The translations under genes were made by a program, and so were the position numbers. Below are positions 12,535-25,387 of a stretch of 64,000 nt of DNA, piece by piece (the first letter of the stretch is position 1; every line of letters begins with the position of its first letter). The DNA lies in assembly GCF_036365525.1 (NCBI RefSeq), contig NC_090374.1:195925037-195989036 (forward strand), in the 5' to 3' direction. This stretch comes from Heterodontus francisci. Its lineage: Eukaryota. The notes under the pieces are model-generated. The model was not told where the DNA came from and made no database searches. It saw nothing but the letters and a program-made list of their open reading frames with translations.

Positions 12535-13277
12535 AGACATGTTGTCGAAGCTTTTTGTCTTGCACATCAGGACAATCCACAAGAATACCAATGTAAGGGA
12601 AACCAATCACTTTATACTGTATAAGAAAAGAGAATGCCGATTGGTAGGCAAGTGGACTCGGATTGGTAGAGACATTGCCATGGAGAATGCACCAGTTTAC
12701 GGTGACTGACAGTTAACTGCCAAGCTTTGTTTGAAATTTAAATCAGACAGCTTGACTCTGATTGGTCGAGGCATTGCCCTGAAGAATGAACCAGCGAATA
12801 GCTGTCACATGTTTAGCTGAAACAAGCGCAACATTTGTACATGTTCTTTCTGTCTGTAAAGAACAGGGCCCTGTGTATTAACATGTGTAGCTTCCAGTAC
12901 GTGCAAATGCACCATACTTCAAGCCCGACTGACAATCTTAAATTGGTTGTCAGCATAATTCTCAGCACACTGAGGATTATTTAGCAAATGTTGTACAATC
13001 GCAAAATCACATCTAATGTTGGACACTGTGTTTTGAGTTTTGTAAGCACGGGCTGGTTGGGTACGGCCTGTATCTTGCCCATTGCGAACAGCGGAAGGGA
13101 CATGTTGTTTGTTACGATCTGCCAGTCTTTGGGACGTACGACCTAGATACCTAGCATCACACTGGCATTGAAATTCATATATCATTTACTCATTTGTGTG
13201 ATAGGCAGAATGTCTTTTTGGCTTCATGGCAGCATCCGGTTAGTGGTGAACAACACACGTGTTTCTACTGCATAGTA
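12535..13277 (-). mobile_element. Penelope-like element 3' part (GIY-YIG endonuclease and 3' repeat), inserted in the CR1 5' region
   Basis: IYEFQCQCDARYLGRTSQRLADRNKQH...AIVQHLLNNPQC = GIY-YIG; degenerate hammerhead motif near its 3' end. Confidence 0.85.
12542..12575 (-). ncRNA. Degenerate minimal type-I hammerhead ribozyme motif
   Basis: Minus strand TTGTC-CTGATG-TGCAAGAC-AAA-AAGCTT-C-GACAA: 5-bp stem I, damaged CUGAUGA and GAA core, palindromic stem III. Confidence 0.5.
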
Positions 13278-13423
13278 CATTCCAGGCCACTGCACAGGCA
13301 GTGAGAGTTTAGGATAGTAGATGGGAAGCCATCCAAAGTGTATGAAGAGGCAGGAGGTGCAAGACATTGCAACAATGGAGACTGTTAGGAGTGACAACAC
13401 CTTAAAGAAGTGTAATCCAGACC

Positions 13424-14014
13424 ATGGTGCCAATGGGCAAGGGACTGCACAGGAGGGAACAGCAAACAGTACAAATGAAAAACAGTACAAATGCAATAAT
13501 TACAGGAGATTCCACAGTCAGGAGGACAGACAGGCATTTCCGTAACCGTCGTGAGTCCTGTATGGTATGTTGCCTCCCTGGCGCAAGGGTAAAGGACATC
13601 ATGGAGAGGGTGCAGAATATTCTGCAGGGAGAAGGGAATGAGCCAGAAGTACTGATACACATTGGTACCAACAACATTGGAGCAGTAGGTATTGAGGTCC
13701 TACAGTCAGATTTTCAAGAGCAAGGGAGTAAGTTAAAAAGTAGGGCCTCAAAGCTATTAATGTCTGGATTACTCCCAGTGCCACATGCTAGCGAGAGTTG
13801 CAATAGCAAGATAGGAAGGATCAATGCATGGCTTGAGACATGGTTCAGGCGGGGGGGCTTCAGATTCTTGGGACATTGGGGCCAGTTCTGGGGCAAGAAG
13901 CACCTATTCAAAAGGAACAGGTTGCACCTCAACAGGACTGGGACCAATGTCTTCGCAGGAAGGTTCACTAGTGTAGTTGGGGATGGTTTCAGCTGGATTG
14001 GCAGGGGGAAGTAG
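13424..14014 (+). pseudogene. CR1 ORF1p SGNH/GDSL esterase-like domain
   Basis: AIITGDSTVR (block I), CCLPGARVKD (II), HIGTNN (III), NRLHLNRTG (V; D of DxxH replaced by N). Confidence 0.85.
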
Positions 14015-16799
14015 AAACAAGGAATAAGGTGCATAAAGGAGTGAGTGTGTTGGGTAGTATTGGAGAAGGAAATAGTACCATATTAGATAGTAGTAGACTA
14101 AGAAGGACTACGAGGAATACAAAGGCAAATTTGCACGCATGTAAATGTACAAATTGTGGTAAATACAGTTGGTGAGCTACAAGCACAAATAGTCGTGTGA
14201 GAATATGATGTAATGGCCATAACGGAAATGTGGCTTAAAAATGGTGAGGGCTGGGAATTTTATATTCAAGGATACAAAGTGTTCAGAAAATAGAGGGAAG
14301 GAAAATAAAAGACAGGCTGAGTTGCAGTACTGATTAGGGAAGAGTTTGTAGTGTTGGAAAGAAAGGATGCCCTTCAGGGGGCAAAGATAGAATCCATTTG
14401 GTTAAAGTTGAGAAGCAACAATGGTATGATCGTGCTACGGGGGGTATTCTATAGGCCTCCAAATAGTGAGAGAGATAGAGGAGCAAATCTGCAGGGAGAT
14501 CATAGAGACGTGCAAGAACTGCAGAGTGGTGATACTGGGGGGGCGGGGGCTCAATACCTAAATATTGATTGGGATAATGTTGAAGTAAAGGTTAAGGAGG
14601 TAGAAGAATTTCTGAAATGTGTTCAGGAGAACTTCCTTGACCAGTCTGTTCTCAGTCCAACTGGGAAGGAGGCATTGCTAGATCTGGTGCTGGGAAATGA
14701 GGTGGGCCAAGGGGACCAATTGTCTTTGAGGGAAACACTTGGCTAAGAGTGATCATTGTATCATAAGGTTTAGATTAGTAAGGTAGAAGATCAAGGAACA
14801 ATCTAAAGTAGGACTCCTAAACTGGAAAAGGGCTAACTTCAATGGGATGAGAGAGGATCAGGGTGAAATAGAACCCAAGATTGATAGGAAAAACTGTAAA
14901 AGAACAAAGGGTGATCTTTAAGGAAGAGACGTTTCAGGTAGAGGCTAGGTACATTCCAACAAGGGTGAAAAGTAATGGAACCAAATCCAGGTCTCCTCGG
15001 ATGAAGGGGGAGTTGGAGAATATGATGAAACCAAAGAAGAGTGCGTATGATGCATGTCAAGTGATTTCTTCAAGTGAGAACCAGGCCAAATATAATAAGT
15101 TGAGAGGGGAAGTGAAGAGGAAAATAAGATTGGCAAAGAGAGAATACGAGAATAGAATGGCAGTTAACATAAAAGGGAACTCAAAAAGCTTCTACTGGCA
15201 TGTAAAAACTAAATGGATAGTTAGAGGTGGGTGAGGCCTATCAGGGACAAAGCGGGTTTTATATGCTTAGAGGCACAGGGCAAGGCTAGAATAGTTAATG
15301 AGTATTTTGTATCAGTGTTTACGAATGGAGAAAATGTTCTCAAAATATTGGTAGAAGTGGAAATGGTAGAGGTAATGGATGAAGTGAAAATTGATAGCCA
15401 GCTTTTCCAGTACATCCTGCCTATGCTTAGAGTGGATAAGTCACCTTGTCTGAATGGCTTGCATCCCAGGTTGCTGAAGGAAGTGGGAGTGGAAATAACA
15501 GAAGGGTTTGCCATAATCATCCAATCTTCCCTAGATACGGGGGAGGTGCCAGCCAATGGAGAGTGGCAAATGTGACACCCCCATTCAAGAAAGGGTGTAA
15601 GGTCATTCCTTGTAATGAAAAGCCAGTCCATCAGTGGTGGGTAAGGTTTTAGAAACAATAGTCAGGGAAAAGGATCAACAAGCACTTGGAGAAATTTGTG
15701 ATAATTAAGGAGAGCCATCACAGATTTATAAAAGGCAGATCATGCTTGACTAATCTAGTTGAAGCTCTTGATGAAGTAAAAGGTTAATGAAGGGAAAGCA
15801 ATGGATGTTGTCCATATGGATTTTAAGAAAGTGTTTGACAAGATACCACATAAAAGGCTCGTTAACTGAATTGAGGCTGATGGAATAGGAGGGTCAGTGT
15901 CAGACTGAATAAGAAATTCGCTGAAGGACAGAAAACAGCACTTTGTGGTAAATGGTTGTTTGTCAGACTGGAGGATGGTAGACAGTGGTGTTCCCGAAGG
16001 TTCAGTGCTAAGACAACTGCTTTTTTATTGATATAACTTGGCTATTGGAATACAGAGTAAAATTTCAACATTTTTTGATAATACCAAATGGAGGTGTAGC
16101 AGACAGTGAGAGTGATCCCAATCGACTGCAACAGGACATAGACAGGCTAGCAGAATGGGAAGACAAGTGGCAAATGGAATTTAAATCAGAGAAGCGTGAG
16201 GTGATGCATTTTGGCAAAAGGGATAATGAGAGGCAATATAGACCAAATGGCACAGTTTTAAAGAGCGTGCAGGGACAGAGGGACCTGGGGATTCATGTGC
16301 ATAGAACTTTGAAAGTGACAGGACATATTGACAGACTAGTTAGAAAAGCATATGTGATCTTGCTTCATAAGTTATGCTGAACCTTTATAAAGCGCTGGTT
16401 AAGCCACAACTAGAGTACTGCGTCCAGTTCTGGTCACTATACATTCGAAAGGATGTGAGGATCCCTCAGAGCGTGCAGAGGAAATTTACCAGAATATTTC
16501 CAGTGATGTGGGATTTTAGCTATAAGGTGAGGTTGGAGAAGCTGGAATTATTCCACTTGGAGCAAAGGAGATTGAGGGGAGAGGTGATAGAGGTGTACAA
16601 GATTGACAGTTTGGATCGGGTAGACAAAGAAAAGCTGTTCCCATTAGCTGAGTGGAGAGAGAACACAACTCCAGGTAGTAGCTGTGTTTTTATTCATGAT
16701 CTAGATTGGGTTAGTTACATGCTACAGCTCTGAACACTATAGGGTAAATTTTATGAGTTTCCACACAATATCTAAAACTGCAAAACTTATCGCATAGTC

Positions 16800-17455
16800 A
16801 AACTACAACTCAATCTACATCCTCTTACCTATCTGGTTATGGCCATGGAACCTCCTGCAATGGCATCTCATCTCATCCCCACACTGTTACCTATGGAAGC
16901 CCGTAAGGATCTATCCTTGGCCCCCTCTTATTTTTCATCCAAATGCTATCCCTTAGCAACATCAGCTGACGACATGAAAATCAAGCTCCACACATGCACT
17001 GACGACATCCAGCTGTACCTCACCACCACCTCTCTTGATCCCTCTACTGCCTCACTGATACCAACATCCAGTCCTGGAGGAGCCAAAATTTTCACCAGAT
17101 ATTGGAAAGACAGAAGCCATTGTCTTCTGCCCCCACCACAAACTCAGTTCCTTATCTACCTCTTCCATTCCCCTCCCTGGCCACTGTGTCAGGCTGAACT
17201 GGACTGTTTGATCCCAAGCTGAGCTTGCAACACCCTACCCTCTCTATCACAAAGACTGCCTACTTTCAGCCTTGTAATATCATCAGTCGATGCTCCAGCC
17301 TCAGCTTCTCTGCTGCTGAAACTCTCACCCATGCTTTGCTTACCTCCAGCCTCAACTATTTCAATGCTCTCCTGGCCAACTGCCCAACATCCCCTCCATA
17401 AAGTTGAGCTCACCCAAAGATCTGAAGCCCATATCCCAACTTACAGGAAGTCAAC
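16800..17455 (+). mobile_element. L2 LINE RT fragment
   Basis: CTDDIQLYLTTTSLDPST; homologous to 2865-3330 and 10650-11090. Confidence 0.8.
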
Positions 17456-17804
17456 TCCAACTTACTCAGTTCCAACATCAGATGATCACCAGTGAGACCT
17501 TTCTTTGCTCACTTCGCACGCCACCCACCTTTAGACCTATCTGATACATTCTCAATTAAAGTTGAACAAAACTTTTAAATTCAACCAAAAGAATGGCCAT
17601 ATTTTGGAAAGCTAGTTTATGTAGACCCCAATCTCAGTCACAGAAACTGAGTTTTTAATTGTGTATCTTTATATCTCAAACTTCCTGTCCATCACATTTC
17701 AGCATATTGAATGTTCGACTGTTTTTTGTTCATTCATTTCCATGTCACTGATTGCTATGTTGCTAGTACTGTAAAACAAACATATTTGAACATTTTCCAT
17801 TGAA

Positions 17805-18975
17805 TGGTTATGGCACAGAAGGAGGCCAATTGACTCATCTAATCTCAGCAACTCAGCTAATCCTACTTCCCTTTTCCTGTAGCGATACAACTTTTTTTTC
17901 TTTTCAGGTGCTTATCCAAGTCCCTTTCGAAAGCCATAATTGTATCTGCCTCCACCACACTCTCAACCAATGCATTCCAGATCCTAAGCACACACTGCAT
18001 AAAAAAAGTTCTTCCTCCTGTCACCGTTGGTTCTTTTGCCAAATGGCTTAAACTGGTGCCCTCTAGTTCTCGACCCTTCCACCAATGGGAATAGTTTCTC
18101 TCTATGTACTCAGTCTAGACCCCTCATGATTTTGAACACACCTATCAAATCTCCTCTCAACCTTCTCTTCTTGAAGGGGTAGAACCTCAGTTTCTGCAAT
18201 CTATCCACATAACTGAACTCCCTCACCCTCGGACCATTCTTATAAATCTTTTCTGCCCCTCTGTAAAACATTCACATGCTCCCCAAAGTGCAGTGCCCAG
18301 AACTGGACAAGGTACTCCAATTGAGGTGTTTTATAAAGGTTCATTGTAGCTTCCTAGTGTTCATACTCTATGCCTCGAGCTGGGGTTGTTCTCCTTAAAG
18401 CAAAGGAGGTTGAGGGGAGATTTAATAGAGATGTACAAGATTATGACAGGCTTAGATAAGTTAGACAAGGAAAAATGGTTCCCATTAACTAATGGCACAA
18501 GGACTAGGGGACACAGATTGAAGGTTTTGGGCAAGAGATGCAGAGAGAATATGAGGAAGCACTTTTTACACAGTGGGTGGTAATGAACTGGAACTCCCTG
18601 TCCACAAGGGTGGTGGTGGAAGCAAAGGAAATCAATGACTTCAAAAGGAAATGGGATGGCCATTTGAAAGAAATAAACTTGCAGGGCTATGGGGATCGAG
18701 CAGGGGAGTGGGACTGACTGACTGCATTGCTCAGTGGGGAGCCGGCATGGACTTGATGGGCACAATAGCCTCCTTCTGTGCCATAAATAACTCGATGACT
18801 ATTAATAAAGCCCAGTGTCCCATATGCCATTTTAACCACTTTCTCAAGCGACCCTGCCACCTTCAATAATTTGTATACATTTCCCCTAGCTCTCTGTTCC
18901 TGCACCCCTTTAGAATTGTGCCTTTTGCCTCTCCTCGTGATACCAAGCAAAATGTATCACTTCATACCTCTCTGC
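17805..18975 (-). mobile_element. CR1 3' fragment split by an opposite-strand CR1 3' end
   Basis: ACTCTATGCCTC (about 18377) resumes as CTATTAATAAAGCCCAG (about 18799), as in the intact copy at 19865-19890. Confidence 0.8.
18378..18793 (+). mobile_element. CR1 3' end
   Basis: LFSLKQRRLRGDLIEMYKIMTGLD...TRTRGHRLKV followed by a CR1 3'UTR. Confidence 0.9.
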
Positions 18976-19261
18976 ACTTACTACTGAAACTTGTTTCTTA
19001 CAAATATAACGGCCATTATAAAGATATTACTCCTTCTTATAATTCAAATTTTACCCCAACATACTCAGTTAAAACTTCTGAGTAAAAGATACCAAAAGAA
19101 ACTGTTTACAAAAAGGAGGAAACAGTGATGAAATATGAAATGAGTTGGAGGAATTATGAGATTAAAGTAAACTGTTGAAATAAGCTACAAGAAAATTGAC
19201 ACTTTCCTACCCGGCAACATTGACAGAGAGGTCAGGTTATCCCCTCCTATACTGCCAATCA

Positions 19262-22200
19262 ACATCACAGAATTGTTATAGAGCAGAAGGAGGCCATTCG
19301 GCCCATCGTGTCTGTGCCGGCTCTCTGAAAGAGCAATTCCCTCAGTGCCATTCCCCTGCCTTCTCCCCATAACCCTGCACATTCTTCCTTTCCATATAAC
19401 TGTCTAATTCCCTTTTGAATGCTTTAATTGAACCTGTCTCCACCATGTTCTCAGGCAATACATTCCAGACTTTAACCACTAGCTACGTGAAAAAAGCTTT
19501 TCCTCATGTCACTTTTGCTCCTCTTACCAAATACTTTAAATCTGTGCCCTCGCGTTCTCAATCCTTTCACTAGTGGAAACAGTTTCTCTCCATCTACTCA
19601 GTCCAGACCCCTCATGATTTTGAATACCTCTATTAAAATCACCTCTCAGCCTTCTCTTCTCCAAAGAAAACAGTTCTAACTTCTCAAATCCAGCTTCATA
19701 ACTGAAATTCCTCATTCCTGGAACTATTCTCGTGAATCTCTTCTGTACTCTCTCCAATGCCCTCATGTCTTTCCTCAAGTGTGGCACCCAGAATTGGATG
19801 TAATACTCCAGCTGAGGCCGAACTAGTGTCTTCTGCAAGTTCAACATAACTTCCTTGCTCTTGTACTCTTTGCCCCTATTAATGAAGCCCAGATACTGTA
19901 TGCTTTATTAACTGCTCGCTCAACTTGTCCTGCCAACTTCAATGACATATGCACATATACACCTAGGTACCTCTGCTCCTGCACCCCTTTTAGAATTGCG
20001 CCCTTTATTCTGTATTGTCTCTCCATGTTCTTCCTACCAAAATGAATCACTTCACATTTCTCTGCATTGAACTTCATCTGCCACTTGTCTGCCCATTCCA
20101 CCAACTTGTCTATGTTCTTTTGAAGTTCTACACTATCCTCCTCACAGTTCACAATGCTTCCAAGTTTCATATCATCTGCAACCTTTGAAACTGTGCCTTG
20201 TACACCAAGGTCTAGGTCATTAATATATATCAGGAAAAGCAAGGGTCCCAACACTGATCTCTGGGGAACTCCATTACAAATCTTCCTCCAGCCTGAAAAA
20301 CACCCATTAACCACTACTCTTTGTTTCCTGTCATCCAGCCAAATTCGTATCCATGTTGCTACTGTCTCTTGTATTCCATGAACTACAAAGTTTGCTCAAA
20401 AGTCTGTTGTGTGGCACTGTATCAAACGCCTTTTGAAAGTCCATGTACACATCAACAGCATTGCCCTCATTAACCCTCACTGTTACCTGCTCAAAAAACT
20501 CCAGAAAGTTAGTTAAACATGATTTTCCCTTAAGAAATCCAGGCTGGCTTTCCTTAATTAACTCACATTTGTCCATGTGACTATTGATTCTGTCCAAAAT
20601 TATTTTTTCTAGAAGTTTTCCCACCACTGAAGTTAAACTGACTGGCCTGTAGTTGATGGGCTTTTCTTTACAAACTTTTTTGAACAAGGGTGCAACATTT
20701 GCAATTCTCCAGCCCTCTGGCACCACCCCGAGTCTAAGGAAGACTGAAAAATTATGGCCAGTGCCTCTGCGATTTCTACCTTCACCTCCCTGAGTATCCT
20801 TGGATGCATCTCATCCAGCCCTGGTGCTTTATCCACTTTAAGTGCAGACAGCCTATCTAATACTTCCTCTTTATCAATTTTAAACCCCGCTAGTGTCTGA
20901 CTTCCCTCCCCTTTCAGCATTGCCTGGGTTGCATCTTCTTCCTTGATAAAGACAGATGCAAAGTATTCATTTAATACTTCAGCTATACTCTCTGCCTTCA
21001 CGTTTAAATCCCCTTTCTGGTCTCTAATCGTCCCCACTCCCCCTTTTACTATTTATATGCCTATAGAAAACTTTGGGATTTCCTTTAATGCTAGCTGCCA
21101 GTCTCTTCTCACACTCTCTCTCTGCTTCTCTTCTTTGCTTTTTCACTTCCCTTCTGGACCTTCTATATTGAGCAAGGTTCTCGATTGTATTTTGTACCTG
21201 GCATCTGTCATAAGGACACTTTATCTTCTTTATCTTAATCTCTACCTCTTTTGTCATCCATGAAGCTCTGGATTTGTTTGTTCTACTTTTCCCCTGCCAG
21301 GGAACATACCTTGACTGTGCCCGAACTACCTCTTCTTTGAAGGTAGCCCATTGTTTATCTACTGATTTCCCTGCCAGCTTTTGGCACCAATTTATTCGCC
21401 ATAGCTCCACTCTTACCCCATTGTAGTTGGCCTTCCCCCAGTTCATTAGTCTCATCCTGGATTGCTCTTTGTCCTTTACCACAGTCAGCCTAAACCTTAT
21501 GATAACACTATCCCCTAAATGCTCTCCTACTGACACTTGATCCTCTTTGCCCACCTCATTCCCAAGAACCAGGTCCAGCAGTGCCTTCTTTCTCGTTGGA
21601 CTAGCAACATACTGTTGTAGAAAATTTTCCTGAACACACTCTAGGAACTCTTGCCTCTCACTGCCCTTTACACTATTATTACCCAGTCTGTGTTTGGATA
21701 ATTAAAGTCCCCCATTAAAACTACCCTATAATTTTTGCAACTCCCTGTAATTTCCTTGCAAATTTGTTCTTCCACGTCCTTCCCACCAGCTGCTGGCCTA
21801 TAGACAACACTGGGCAATGTAACTGCATCTTTTTTTTGCTCCTTAGCGCTAGCCAAATTGATTCTGTCCTTGACCCCTCTGGGACATCCTTTTTCTCCAG
21901 CAGTACTCCCCTTAATCAATACTGCCACCCCTCCCCCTTTTTTCCCTTTCCTATCTTTCCTGAACACCTTGTATCCAGGAATAATTAATACCCAGTCCTG
22001 CCCTTCTTTGAGCCAGGTCTCTGTTGTAGCCACATCATCATATTTCCAATGGCAATCAGCACCCGTACCTCACCAATCTTATTAGCCACACTCCGTGCAT
22101 TCATATATATGCACATTAACCCTGATTCAGACTTTATTACTTTCTCTCTTACTGTGACCCCACCGAATAGCGTAATATTCCCTACTCTCAAGCTATCTAT

Positions 22201-22850
22201 CTCCCCCAGCATTCGTGCACTTTGGTATTCCTCTCTAATACTTTTTCCTGGTTCCCACACCCATGACTAGTTACCAGTTTTGCTTACCTCCAATCTGAGC
22301 TCACTCTCAAGTTCCCATCCCCCTGACAATCTAGTTTAAACCCTCCCCAAAAGCACGAGCAAATCTCCCTGCAAGGATATTTGTCCCAGTCCTAAGATGC
22401 AACCTGTCCTTCTTGTACAGGTCCCAATGTCTTGGAAATCTGATGCCCTCCCTCCTACACCAGTTCTCCAGCCATGTGTTCAGTCACTCAATTCTCCTAT
22501 TCCTATGCTCACTTGTACACGGGACTGGGAGTAATCCTGAGATTACTGCTTTTGAGGTCCTGATTTTTAATCTCCTACCTAGATCCCTAAAATCTGCTTT
22601 CAGGACCTCATCTCCCTTCTTACCTATGTCATTGGTACCAATGTGGACCACGACCTCTGGCTGTTCACCATTCCCCAGAAGAATGTCCTAACGCCTCTCC
22701 ATGGCAACACACCATCCTAGAGTCATGTTTAGTGCCGCAGAAATGCCTGTCTGTTCCTCTAACGAATCCACTATCGCTACTGCTCTTCCACTCCTCTTCC
22801 TCCCCTCCTGGGCAGCTGAGCCACCTGTAGTGCCACAAACTTGGCTGTTG
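19262..22850 (-). mobile_element. CR1 LINE, ORF1 (partial) plus ORF2 and 3'UTR
   Basis: VVVHIGTND-type ORF1 remnant at about 22620-22660; ATTETWLKEG, MGDFNYP, NYRPVSLTSVVGK, ADDMKLG, LVRPQLEY in successive minus ORFs. Confidence 0.95.
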
Positions 22851-24104
22851 CCATTATCATCTGGAATTGCCTTGAGGAGGCATATTGACATGTAAAGCAG
22901 CCCATTCCATGCAAACAATTCCTATAATCAAAAATTGGGTTCGCAAAGGCAAAGACTGACTCCGAAGCCAAGGCCAAGATAATAGGTGAAAAACAACACC
23001 TATTTATCAAAAAGTTCCTAGAGTGTGTTCAGGAAAATTCAGATGCCATTAGGTAACAATGGTCCCCACATCCTGGGACATTGTATGAGCATCCCAGGGG
23101 GAGAGCATCTTGAGTCACCTGACTGAAACCAAAACCTTTTTAACCTTAAAAATAAAGTAACTTCTCTGAGAGAGGGAGACAGAAAGCCATTGCAACCTGA
23201 GAAGCTGTGAGATCCAGCCAGATAAGCAAGGAACTCTTCCAGCACCATCTTTAAACTACTGAGGCAGAGAGATTGCAAGCTGACCTTGAAAACTCCCCAT
23301 CTGAGAATTTGAACCTGGACTTCCACCACCAACTTTGGACTGAGTTTTCAGTAAAAATGTCTGAGACATTTCAATTCCAAGACAAGGATGGCCTGCAAGG
23401 CTGTTAAAAAAATGTCCTCCCAGAAAATCAAGAAAGTTTCCAAGTTTCTTTGCAACAATCGGACTCTAATTGCATGCTACCCCCCACTCTCTATCCTCTC
23501 TTGTGTGTGACTGCATGAGTGGCGAGGTTGCGAACATTTTCGGGTATTGTTTAATAAATAGCTTTATTTATAGAAATATGGGGAGGTGGTGAGTAGTGAT
23601 AATGTCACTCGATTAGTAATCCAGAGCCCACCACGGCAGATGGTGAAATCTGAATTCAATTAATAAAAAAATCTGGACTTAAAAGCTAGTCTAACGGTGA
23701 CCAAGAAACCACTGTCGATTGTTGTCAAAAGCTATCTGGTTCACTAATGTACTTTAGGGAAGGAAATCTGACGTCCTTACCTGGTGTGGCCCATATGCAA
23801 CTCCAGACCCGCAGCAATGTGGTTGACTTCTAAATGCCCTCTAAAATGGGCTAGCAAGCCACTCAGTTCAAGGGCAATTAGGGATGGGCAATAAATGCTG
23901 GCCTAGCCAGCGACGCCCACATCCCATAAAACATCAAAAAATGAACTTTCTTTTTTTAAACCTACGAGAAAACCTGTAATTTGTCTGTTTATTTGACCCT
24001 TAAACACTCAGGGACTAAAACACTATTTTTAATAACACCATCTGTAGTTAGTTGAGAGGGGAAAAGTGGAAACCACCCACACCATCTTCAACCTGTCGTT
24101 AACA
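22851..24104 (+). mobile_element. Solo LTR (5' end lost or interrupted), same family as 49567-50478
   Basis: Long colinear similarity to 49608-50478; ends ...GTCGTTAACA; contains AATAAA. Confidence 0.65.
23580..23942 (+). mobile_element. tRNA-derived SINE with Meta-domain-like core (SlmI-like), inserted in the LTR
   Basis: CTGGTTCACTAATGT.CTTTAGGGAAGGAAATCTG.CGTCCTTACCTGG core recalled from MetaSINEs; 3' tail shared with the LINE at 44160-44760. Confidence 0.7.
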
Positions 24105-24161
24105 GTGGAGTTTAGTTAATATGGTCATGAAGGTGCTACCATTACTTGTGTGTAAAAGATT

Positions 24162-24474
24162 TATTTATTTTATTTTATTTATTTAGAGATACAGCGCTGA
24201 AACAGGCCCTTCGGCCCACCGAGTCTGTGCCGACCAACAACCACCCATTTATACTAACCCTACAGTAATCCCATATTCCCTACCACCTACCTACACTAGG
24301 GGCAATTTATAACGGCCAATTTACCTATCACCTGCAAGTCTTTGGATGTGGGAGGAAACCGGAGCACCCGGAGAAAACCCACACAGTCACAGGGAGAACT
24401 TGCAAACTCCGCACAGGCAGTACCCAGAATCGAACCCGGGTCCCTGGAGCTGTGAGGCTGCGGTGCTAACCACT
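24162..24474 (-). mobile_element. V-domain SINE with (TAAA)n tail
   Basis: Homologous to 9261-9592; possible TSD AGATT (24157-24161 / 24475-24479). Confidence 0.92.
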
Positions 24475-24478
24475 AGAT

Positions 24479-25387
24479 TGTGAAAGTTGATTCATTTGAA
24501 AGACTGAGACCTGCATGTGTCTTTTTTTAAAAAGCATCACTGGAAGGACACTTTGAATATTTTTTTTTAAGATGAAAAAAGACACTTACTGGAAGAGACA
24601 AATGAAGTGCTAAATAAATATGAAGAGCCTTGCTGGCTATTGGAGTTGTTTACAGAGAAGTCACATGTCTTGGTTTATGGTTGTCAGGAGGTTTTTTGGC
24701 TTTCTGATTTTGGCGTGGACTGTTTGAATGTTCAGTTGGTGTAATCATGCTGAGAGAGAAGCCATCAAATTAGCCTTTTCCACCTGTTCTGAAAAATCTT
24801 CTGAGAATCCAGTGTGATAGCTGAAACCACTGATGCAGTTATTCTCCCAAGAAAGCCTGCAAGACTATTCCTCGATCTCGTCTGAACAGAACTGCTCCAG
24901 AAAGCTCACGGTGACAGTTGTCTCTGTGTACTTGGATGCCAGACCCAAAGGCCATCTGGAACATTCCATATCTTATACTTTTTATTCATTAATTGACAAT
25001 AACTTTGCCAAAGTATTTTTCTTAAAGTTGATCTCTGCTGAGCCAGTTTCCTTTTTCCATTTTGCTTTTTTTTTTTCTCTTCAAACAGTGTGTGTGCACA
25101 TGTGTATGAGATTATTTTATAAGGGTATATAGTTATACTTTCATATTTCAAAGTGTTAATAAGCTTTGCATCATTATTGAATAAGTCTCATTTCATACAG
25201 TTAATCAATAATTTTCATTGTTTATTAAAAGAAGCCTGGTTGGCAGATTTTTATTCTGAAACTAATATAGATAAAGTATATAATTGGGCATATCGATAGC
25301 TGGGTCAACACTTAAAATATATGTTGTGACCAATGGAGAAGTGGAACTAGAGAAAAACAGTGCATTTCTCACACCTCGGTCGTAGCA
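24479..25387 (+). mobile_element. Probable solo LTR
   Basis: TG...GGTCGTAGCA termini; flanks AGAT/ATAT (3 of 4 match); 3' end resembles the other LTRs. Confidence 0.5.

Larger units (their letters stand above)
12045..16655 (+). mobile_element. Near full-length CR1 LINE: repeat-containing 5'UTR, ORF1 (SGNH esterase-like), ORF2 (APE endonuclease and RT); degenerate, lacks the extreme 3' end
   Basis: ORF1 13424-14014; endonuclease motifs ESIW, GVFYRPPN, LDLVLGNE (14351-14746); RT pieces 15231-16733. Confidence 0.92.
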
